From Pseudomonadota bacterium (GTDB lineage: Bacteria; Pseudomonadota; Gammaproteobacteria; Thiomicrospirales; Thiomicrospiraceae), in contig JAYENR010000121.1 of assembly GCA_034722175.1 (NCBI GenBank), positions 11,982 to 35,981 on the forward strand: DNA of 24,000 nt. The letters are read 5' to 3'. Numbering within the stretch: position 1 is the first letter of the stretch; every line of letters starts with the position of its first letter. Positions 17,826 through 24,000 of this stretch are shown piece after piece. Below the pieces are notes generated by a model. That model had not been told where the DNA came from. It worked only from the letters and a program-made list of their open reading frames with translations, and made no database searches. A program made the translations under genes and the position numbers.

Positions 17826-18620
17826 TTAACTAAACATCATAGTTGTTAAAATAAAGTCTAAGCCCAATACACCTAAAGAAGAGTGTACCACTGTACGTGT
17901 CGTTGCGTTACTGACCCCTTCCGAGGTTGGCATGGCGTCATGCCCTTGAAATAACGCAATAATGGCAATTAAAATGGCAAAGGCAAAGGACTTAATAATG
18001 CCATTCATGACATCCTCTTGCCAATCAACTGAATCTTGCATTTGTGACCAGAATGAACCTTCGTCTACGCCCAGCCAACCCACAGCCACCAAATAACCGC
18101 CTAAGATCCCCATCGCGATAAACAATAGAGATAACATTGGCAAAGCAATAAAGGCAGCACTAAAACGTGGCGCAAATATAAATTTCAAAGGGTCAACCGC
18201 CATCATTTCCAATGCAGAAATTTGCTCAGTAGAGCGCATTAAACCGATCTCAGCCGTTAATGCCGAACCAGCACGGCCAGCAAATAATAACGCTGCTACA
18301 ACCGGCCCTAATTCACGCAACAAAGATAAAGCCGTCATGGTTCCTACCGCCTCTTCTGAGTTATAGTCCACTAAGACATTATAGCCCTGCAAGGTCAAAA
18401 CCATGCCGACAAATAAACCAGCGGTCAAAATAATAGGGAGAGATAAAACCCCTGCAACGTAAATCTGTTTTACCAATAAATCTAAACGGTAAAACGAATA
18501 TGGAATCGCTGGAATCAATGAAATTACAAAAAAGGCCATGCGCCCTAACCCAGACAACAAACCCAGTACACTCGCACCTATTCCAGCAACTCTATTCAAT
18601 AAAGATTCCATCATAGCCAT
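17826..18620 (-). CDS. mlaE: Mla ABC transporter permease MlaE
   Basis: 264 aa polytopic protein. MlaE motifs (LRELGPVVAALLFAGRAGSALTAEIGLM, EQISALEMMAVDP). The start overlaps the mlaF stop by 1 nt (TAATG). Confidence 0.9.
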   Translation of the reverse strand: MAMMESLLNRVAGIGASVLGLLSGLGRMAFFVISLIPAIPYSFYRLDLLVKQIYVAGVLSLPIILTAGLFVGMVLTLQGYNVLVDYNSEEAVGTMTALSLLRELGPVVAALLFAGRAGSALTAEIGLMRSTEQISALEMMAVDPLKFIFAPRFSAAFIALPMLSLLFIAMGILGGYLVAVGWLGVDEGSFWSQMQDSVDWQEDVMNGIIKSFAFAILIAIIALFQGHDAMPTSEGVSNATTRTVVHSSLGVLGLDFILTTMMFS

Positions 18621-19432
18621 TATTTCACTTTCCCATTTTGCATAGCTTGCTGATAACTCTCATCTGAATAATGGAATGGGACTGGTCCGTCGGGCAAACC
18701 CTTAACAAATTGATTCACATAATCAGAATCGCTTTCTAGCAGCTCTTGTTTAGACCCCTGAGCAATCACTCGACCTTCCGACAAGACACATACATAATCG
18801 GCAATCGACAACACTTCATCCACATCATGCGAAACCACCACACTCGTTAAACCCAAGCTATCATTAAGCTTACGAATAAGTTCAACCAAAACCCCCATAA
18901 TGATTGGGTCTTGGCCCACAAAGGGCTCATCGTAAAAAATCATTTCTGGATCCAAAGCAATACCACGTGCTAAAGCGACTCTTCGTGACATACCTCCCGA
19001 CAGTTCAGCAGGCTTTAAATTACGTGCCCCCATTAAACCCACAGCTTGCAACTTCATTAGAACCAATGGTTCAATCACCGACTCCGGTAATTTAGTATGC
19101 TCTCGTAATGGAAAGGCGACATTATCGAAAACACTTAAATCGGTTAGTAATGCACCAGTTTGAAATAACATGCCCATTTTTTGGCGTAGCTGATAGAGCA
19201 TAGAACGTTTTAGTTTATGAACATTCTGACCTTCAACAAAAACCTCACCCGCATCTGGTTTTAGCTGCCCAGCGATCAACTTTAACAAGGTCGTTTTACC
19301 GGTTCCACTTGGCCCCATAATCGCGGTAACCTTGCCTTTTGGAATCGACAAATCTAAATTATCAAAAATAGGTCGAGAACCACGTGAAAAGCTCAAGCCT
19401 TTAATTTCTATTAGGGTATCTGATTGGTTCAT
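18620..19432 (-). CDS. mlaF: Mla ABC transporter ATP-binding protein MlaF
   Basis: Start placed at the ATG at 19430-19432 (MNQSDTLIEIKGLSF...), which aligns with the E. coli MlaF N-terminus. The ORF-track start at 19486 is a GTG adding 18 non-conserved residues. Walker A GPSGTGKTT, signature LSGGMSRRVALAR, Walker B IFYDEP. Confidence 0.9.
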   Translation of the reverse strand: MNQSDTLIEIKGLSFSRGSRPIFDNLDLSIPKGKVTAIMGPSGTGKTTLLKLIAGQLKPDAGEVFVEGQNVHKLKRSMLYQLRQKMGMLFQTGALLTDLSVFDNVAFPLREHTKLPESVIEPLVLMKLQAVGLMGARNLKPAELSGGMSRRVALARGIALDPEMIFYDEPFVGQDPIIMGVLVELIRKLNDSLGLTSVVVSHDVDEVLSIADYVCVLSEGRVIAQGSKQELLESDSDYVNQFVKGLPDGPVPFHYSDESYQQAMQNGKVK

Positions 19433-19496
19433 ACATTTGTTATGGGAAGCTCTAACCCCACTTAATATCCACTTAATTAAACACACCTAAGATACT

Positions 19497-19514
19497 AACC
19501 AGGCCTGTTCAGTT
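19497..19514. repeat. Intergenic 18-nt motif, copy 3 (AACCAGGCCTGTTCAGTT)
   Basis: Lies 64 nt upstream of the proposed mlaF start and 62 nt downstream of the DUF72-like gene's stop. Identical to copy 1 and in the same orientation. Confidence 0.8.
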
Positions 19515-19576
19515 TTAAAATTCAATATTTAAAAAAGTATTTAAATACAGCTGATAACGTCTAAAAAACAATGAGT

Positions 19577-20191
19577 TTAATAACCTAAAAACTCACCGAC
19601 AACCTTTAAGTTGGTTACTTGAGCCATATTAATTGAATCCCCGCCAATAAAAAAGGGAATCCCCGAGTTATTATCAGGCAATGTTTGCATAAAACTCTGT
19701 AACATTGCAGATTGCCATTTACCGTCCTCTTTTAACTCAGCACAATACCCTATTGGAGAACCTGAAATTTTATAATCATCAATTTCAGAGTGCCAGCCAG
19801 ACATAATCAAGTTTTTAGACACCAAACTAACAGGCTGACCATAAATAAGCGGCTCCGGAATCTCCGTTTCAGAAAACAGAACCACCCCTTTTAATAACGA
19901 ACCCAAGCCTTGTTGAATGCGTTGCATTTGTTGCTCTTTGCCAATCGTAACGACATCATCAACCCGAAGATAAAATTCAAATTCACCCTCAACCGCATCG
20001 GCACACTCTTCGAGCGCCGCCTCATCCCAAGTCATCCACTGTTTTTCTGGCACTAAAACAACTCTAAACGCATTACTGTAGTAATCCAACTGCCACTCTT
20101 CAGGCATATCATCTGGATAGAAACTTCCTTCCCATGAAACATGCTGCCAACCATAAGTACCAATTTGTAAATTTTCCAAACAAGACTCCAC
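19577..20191 (-). CDS. Hypothetical protein with a DUF72-like N-terminal region
   Basis: 204 aa from a GTG at 20191. An alternative TTG at 20179 has GGAG 6 nt upstream. The N-terminus LQIGTYGWQHVSWEGSFYPDDMPEEWQLDYYSNAFRVV parallels the DUF72 consensus (IGTSGW...W.G.FYP..LP...WL.YY...F). The rest is shorter than typical DUF72 proteins and not recognisable by eye. Confidence 0.55.
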   Translation of the reverse strand: MESCLENLQIGTYGWQHVSWEGSFYPDDMPEEWQLDYYSNAFRVVLVPEKQWMTWDEAALEECADAVEGEFEFYLRVDDVVTIGKEQQMQRIQQGLGSLLKGVVLFSETEIPEPLIYGQPVSLVSKNLIMSGWHSEIDDYKISGSPIGYCAELKEDGKWQSAMLQSFMQTLPDNNSGIPFFIGGDSINMAQVTNLKVVGEFLGY

Positions 20192-20336
20192 AAAAAATTG
20201 ATCTAAATTTTATTGCTGACCAGTTTACTTCATCAAAACATTAAGTGTGAACCGCTTATACATAAATTAATTTTATAAGGACAAATAACTTTAGTTATAA
20301 TGGCAGGTTAATTTAAGTGAATAAAAGAAAACGACA

Positions 20337-21326
20337 ATGACGACGACCTTACTCCTACCTACTCTCGTACTTTTAGTTGGCTTGGCACTTCTTGTATGGA
20401 GCTCGGATATCTTTATTGATGGAGCAGCCAGCACGGCGACTCACCTGTCAATTTCCCCTTTAATTATCGGGGTGGTGGTTTTAGGATTTGGTACCTCCAT
20501 GCCGGAAATCGTCGTTGCCTCGCTCGCCTCCTTAGATAACAGCCCCGGCCTAGCCATCGGTAACGCCGTCGGTTCAAATATTGCCAATATAGGTTTAGTG
20601 CTAGGTGTCACCGCTTTAATCACCCCTATCGTGGTTAAATCTTCACTAATCAGACGTGAGCTGCCGGTTCTATTAGCCATTTCTGTCGGTGCTTATCTAC
20701 TAGTTTTAGACGGTGAACTGACCCTTATAGACGGTATTATTCTAATCATCACGTTGATACTGGTTATGGCATGGATGATCAAGATGAATAAGAATGTATT
20801 TCTTGCCGATCCTATCGCAGGTGAAACTGCTGAAGCCGTGGAAAGTCATGCTGAACACGCGCTAAAGAAAGCATTGACGCTACTGATTGGTGGCCTGATC
20901 ATCTTAATGGTGAGTGCCAAAATGATGGTCTGGGGTGCCGTTGAAATTGCCGTTTTCTTTGAAGTACCAGAAGTCGTCATCGGTCTAACCATTATAGCAA
21001 TCGGTACCAGCCTACCTGAACTCGCTGCGGCCATCGCTGCAGCACGTAAAAATGAAGCCGACCTTATGATTGGTAATATTGTGGGTTCTAACCTATTTAA
21101 CATTCTAGCTGTATTGGCCGTGCCTGCGATCTTAGCACCATCCATGGTTGATAAAGAAGTGTTATCGATTGACATGCTGGTCATGCTTGGATTTACCCTT
21201 GCAATGTTAGTGCTTGCACTACCAAGAAAGGGAAAAGCGGTCATTAACACCCCTAAAGGCCTTTTACTTACCTTTGGCTTTGTGGCATATTTAACGGTAC
21301 TTTACCTACGTTCAACTGGCGCGTAA
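20337..21326 (+). CDS. yrbG: CaCA-family calcium/sodium antiporter (YrbG)
   Basis: 329 aa with about 10 TM segments. Two alpha-repeats: GTSMPE...GNAVGSNIANIGLVLG and GTSLPEL...GNIVGSNLFNILAVL. Divergent from the mla cluster, as in E. coli. Confidence 0.9.
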   Translation: MTTTLLLPTLVLLVGLALLVWSSDIFIDGAASTATHLSISPLIIGVVVLGFGTSMPEIVVASLASLDNSPGLAIGNAVGSNIANIGLVLGVTALITPIVVKSSLIRRELPVLLAISVGAYLLVLDGELTLIDGIILIITLILVMAWMIKMNKNVFLADPIAGETAEAVESHAEHALKKALTLLIGGLIILMVSAKMMVWGAVEIAVFFEVPEVVIGLTIIAIGTSLPELAAAIAAARKNEADLMIGNIVGSNLFNILAVLAVPAILAPSMVDKEVLSIDMLVMLGFTLAMLVLALPRKGKAVINTPKGLLLTFGFVAYLTVLYLRSTGA

Positions 21327-21368
21327 TTACATCAAACTCGTAACCCCATACAAACAGGCCTACCCATT

Positions 21369-21911
21369 ATGAATTTTTCTGACGTAATCATTGCTAAAGC
21401 AAAAAAGATCAAACTACTTCTTTTGGATGTAGATGGAGTTATGACCAATAACCAGTTGCATTACAGTGATGATGAAGTGGAGACAAAAACCTTCTACACC
21501 CGTGATGGTCACGGCATGGTGATGTTACAAAAATCCAATATTGAAATCGGCATTATCACGGGTCGTAAGTCACCTTTAGTGGCCAATCGAATGCGTGATC
21601 TAAAGGTAAAACACGTTCACCAAGGTGTGCCAGATAAACTGCCAACCTTTATTAAAATGGTAGAAGATTTAAATTTAAACTTAGAAGAAATTGCCTATAT
21701 TGGTGACGACATCTTAGATTTACCGATCCTAACGCGTGTCGGGCTTGCTGCCACTCCTGCCGACGGGGACGTTGAAGTAAAGTCTCGCGTGGATTACGTT
21801 TCAGAGTTTGAAGGTGGTCGAGGCTGCGTCCGTGAAATGTGTGAATTGTTAATGAAATCGCAAGGTTCATGGCAAAAACAGATGGACTTCTATCTACGCA
21901 AAGAACTGTAA
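21369..21911 (+). CDS. kdsC: 3-deoxy-D-manno-octulosonate 8-phosphate phosphatase
   Basis: 180 aa. HAD motif I LLLLDVDGVMTN, a TGR motif, and GDDILDLP. Positioned directly upstream of lptC. Confidence 0.9.
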   Translation: MNFSDVIIAKAKKIKLLLLDVDGVMTNNQLHYSDDEVETKTFYTRDGHGMVMLQKSNIEIGIITGRKSPLVANRMRDLKVKHVHQGVPDKLPTFIKMVEDLNLNLEEIAYIGDDILDLPILTRVGLAATPADGDVEVKSRVDYVSEFEGGRGCVREMCELLMKSQGSWQKQMDFYLRKEL

Positions 21912-21952
21912 GAGAATTTAAATTCGATCCTTAACTGACAAGGGAGATCAAA

Positions 21953-22522
21953 ATGTTAAACAGCCGATTTATCATATTTACCCTTGTACTTTCTGCCTTT
22001 GCTTTATGGTTTGTTTTCCAACAGACCTCGCAAAAAATCGATCCCTCCTCCTCAAGCTTAGAAAGCTCTGGTTACAGTTGGCAACTGTTTAACAGTACCA
22101 CTTGGCAAGTCGATAAAACACAAAACCGATCCGACTCCATCATTAAAGCCGAGACTCTTTTCTATGACGAAGCCGCTAAACAAAGTGACTTCACCCAGCC
22201 TCGAATCACACTAACTCAAGCAGATGAAACCCTTTTTATTCAAAGTGAAACTGGCCACTCGGTGAATGATAGTCAGATAGAATTAAACGGTAAGGTTGTG
22301 GTGATGCAGATTGATAAGACCCGACAAAATAAAACCTTAAAAACAGAACACATCACTTATAATCCTAATACACAAATCATAAGCAGTGATCAACACGTTG
22401 AAATCAGCCAACCTAATTCACTGATGACTGGAACGGGCCTGAAGGCCGATATTAAAAACAACCACTACCAACTTCTGTCAAATGTAAAAGGCGAGTACCG
22501 CCCCGACAGCACCCAGAAGTAA
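21953..22522 (+). CDS. lptC: LPS export system inner-membrane anchor protein LptC
   Basis: 189 aa. A single N-terminal TM (FIIFTLVLSAFALWFVF) is followed by a beta-rich periplasmic domain. The size and the kdsC-lptC-lptA-lptB position are diagnostic; sequence conservation in this family is low. Confidence 0.75.
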   Translation: MLNSRFIIFTLVLSAFALWFVFQQTSQKIDPSSSSLESSGYSWQLFNSTTWQVDKTQNRSDSIIKAETLFYDEAAKQSDFTQPRITLTQADETLFIQSETGHSVNDSQIELNGKVVVMQIDKTRQNKTLKTEHITYNPNTQIISSDQHVEISQPNSLMTGTGLKADIKNNHYQLLSNVKGEYRPDSTQK

Positions 22523-22534
22523 CGAGAAACAAGC

Positions 22535-23041
22535 ATGAATCCAAAATTGCTAACAGTTCTTTGTATGTCAATACTATTTAATCTAGTATCTTTCTCAGCG
22601 CATGCCAACACACCAGATGATCAACAACCTGTGCATATCTCTGCCGACTCTCTAGACATTCAAGACCAAAAGGGGATCAGTGTATATAAAGGTAGCGTTG
22701 AAATTACTCAAGGCAGCCTGACTTTAAATGGCGACACCATTACCATTCACCACCCTGACCGAGCCCTATTGTCTATTGATGTTATTGGCCAACAAGCCCG
22801 CTTTAAACGTTTTGATGTCGAAGAGCAAGCTTGGATTAAAGGCCAAGCAGATAGCATTAACTACAACGCGCAAAAGAAAACACTGTTATTAATTGGTAAT
22901 GCCAAAGTGGAACAGCCTGGTAAACACTTAATCACCGGTCCTAAACTGTTCTACGACACCCTAAATAAAACCTTAAAAGCTCAGAGCACACCGCAAGAGA
23001 AAAAACGCATCTCTGTCACACTTATGCCAGAAGCCAAATAG
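22535..23041 (+). CDS. lptA: Periplasmic LPS transport protein LptA (OstA-like)
   Basis: 168 aa. Signal peptide and OstA_N-type repeats (VHISADSLDIQDQKGISVYKGSVEITQGSLTLNGDTITI). Confidence 0.85.
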   Translation: MNPKLLTVLCMSILFNLVSFSAHANTPDDQQPVHISADSLDIQDQKGISVYKGSVEITQGSLTLNGDTITIHHPDRALLSIDVIGQQARFKRFDVEEQAWIKGQADSINYNAQKKTLLLIGNAKVEQPGKHLITGPKLFYDTLNKTLKAQSTPQEKKRISVTLMPEAK

Positions 23042-23089
23042 TCAGACAAGTCGGTTAAATCATTTTGCCCCCTTATGTAGGAATAAATT

Positions 23090-23812
23090 GTGTCTCATTT
23101 TTACGCCCGTAACCTAGCTAAAAGTTATAAAAAACGTACTGTGGTCACATCAGTGGATATCGATGTTCACGAAGGCCAAGTGGTCGGCTTACTGGGGCCA
23201 AATGGTGCAGGTAAAACCACCACTTTTTACATGATGACAGGCCTAGTTGAAAATGACGGTGGAGAAATCTATCTAGGCAATGAAGAGATCAGTCAACTAC
23301 CTATCCATGAACGTGCTAAACGAGGCATAGGTTATCTTCCACAAGAAGCCTCTGTTTTTCGTAAACTGACGGTTGAAGAGAATATTCGTGCCATTCTAGA
23401 AATGCGCCCAGAACTAGACTCTGACAAACGAAATTTAATTTTTGAACACCTGATCGACGACCTTCAAATTGGTCATATATTGGAACAACCAGGCCAAGCT
23501 TTGTCTGGTGGTGAACGCAGACGAGTAGAAATCGCTCGTGCTTTAGCGATGGAGCCTAACTTCATCTTATTAGATGAACCCTTTGCTGGTGTTGACCCTA
23601 TCTCAGTTAAAGACATTCAAAACATCATCCTCCACCTTAAAGATAAGGGCATTGGTGTTTTAATAACCGATCATAATGTCCGTGAAACCTTAGGGGTTTG
23701 TGATCAAGCTTATATCCTCCATGCAGGCACGATTTTAGCCTCTGGCAAACCTGATGAAGTCCTTAACCACAGTGAAGTCCGACGTGTTTATCTGGGTGAA
23801 GACTTTATTTAA
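23090..23812 (+). CDS. lptB: LPS export ABC transporter ATP-binding protein LptB
   Basis: 240 aa with a GTG start. [14 protein letters not shown] plus Walker [14 protein letters not shown] match the E. coli LptB N-terminus closely. Signature LSGGERRR, Walker B ILLDEP, and the C-terminal [10 protein letters not shown]. Confidence 0.95.
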   Translation: MSHFYARNLAKSYKKRTVVTSVDIDVHEGQVVGLLGPNGAGKTTTFYMMTGLVENDGGEIYLGNEEISQLPIHERAKRGIGYLPQEASVFRKLTVEENIRAILEMRPELDSDKRNLIFEHLIDDLQIGHILEQPGQALSGGERRRVEIARALAMEPNFILLDEPFAGVDPISVKDIQNIILHLKDKGIGVLITDHNVRETLGVCDQAYILHAGTILASGKPDEVLNHSEVRRVYLGEDFI

Positions 23813-23905
23813 TTCATAAAATCAAACGCTTAAACCATCAATTTTTTTACCTCATCAACCTTTGTTATGATTCAGTTAAATTACTGCTGATTTTTTATGT
23901 CTTGA

Positions 23906-23914
23906 TGGTATACT
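23906..23914 (+). promoter_or_regulatory. Candidate extended -10 element (TGGTATACT) in the lptB-downstream spacer
   Basis: TG at 23906-23907, n, then TATACT at 23909-23914. No ORF start follows within the remaining 86 nt. By-eye prediction only. Confidence 0.2.
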
Positions 23915-24000
23915 GAAATTGAAGCTTAGGTAAAAAATCTTTAAAATTAACCTAAATGAGTTAATTAAAACTGAGCTTATACATCGCATTACACAAGAAG

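Noticed and set aside
19433-19486. An 18-codon N-terminal extension of mlaF from a GTG at 19486.
   Set aside because: The extension (CLIKWILSGVRASHNKC) has no counterpart in MlaF proteins. The ATG at 19432 gives an N-terminus colinear with E. coli MlaF. The caveat is that neither start has a strong SD.
19537-19548. A 12-bp perfect palindrome, GTATTTAAATAC, followed on the minus strand by T6, downstream of the DUF72-like gene.
   Set aside because: As RNA it could form only a 4-bp AU-rich stem, too weak for a confident intrinsic terminator. AT-rich palindromes of this size arise easily in AT-rich spacers.

Overview
This window is about 24 kb of densely packed, mid-GC (roughly 40-45% by eye) gammaproteobacterial core chromosome. 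It holds 27 protein-coding genes and no rRNA, tRNA, CRISPR, transposase, integrase or phage genes.

Gene order, left to right:
- Plus strand: the 3' part of a CNNM/CorC-type transporter gene, an inositol-monophosphatase-family gene, and an orphan DoxX-family membrane protein.
- The DoxX gene converges on a minus-strand, translationally coupled pair: fadL plus a large lipoprotein lipase (VolA / Aeromonas-Lip-like).
- A long minus-strand run follows: radA, petABC (cytochrome bc1), a Nif3/YbgI-like gene, hisD-hisG (short-form hisG), murA, ibaG, yadH-yadG (ABC-2 exporter), mlaBCDEF, and a short DUF72-like gene.
- Divergently on the plus strand: yrbG-kdsC-lptC-lptA-lptB, ending in an AT-rich spacer where rpoN would be expected.

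The murA-to-lptB block is the well-known envelope-biogenesis neighbourhood shared with E. coli and Pseudomonas. I do not see a convincing new multi-gene system (defence, secretion, toxin or RiPP) here; most of the window is ordinary housekeeping DNA.

Items most worth a second look:
1. An 18-nt motif, AACCAGGCCTGTYCAGTT, present three times in one orientation. All copies are intergenic, two of them bracket radA, and the core also forms a bidirectional terminator palindrome.
2. The fadL-lipase lipid-scavenging pair.
3. A perfect 16-bp palindrome upstream of petA.
4. A divergent, short DUF72-like gene inserted between mlaF and yrbG.
5. The uncharacterised yadGH exporter embedded between mlaB and ibaG-murA.

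All family assignments come from motif recognition by eye, not from database searches.
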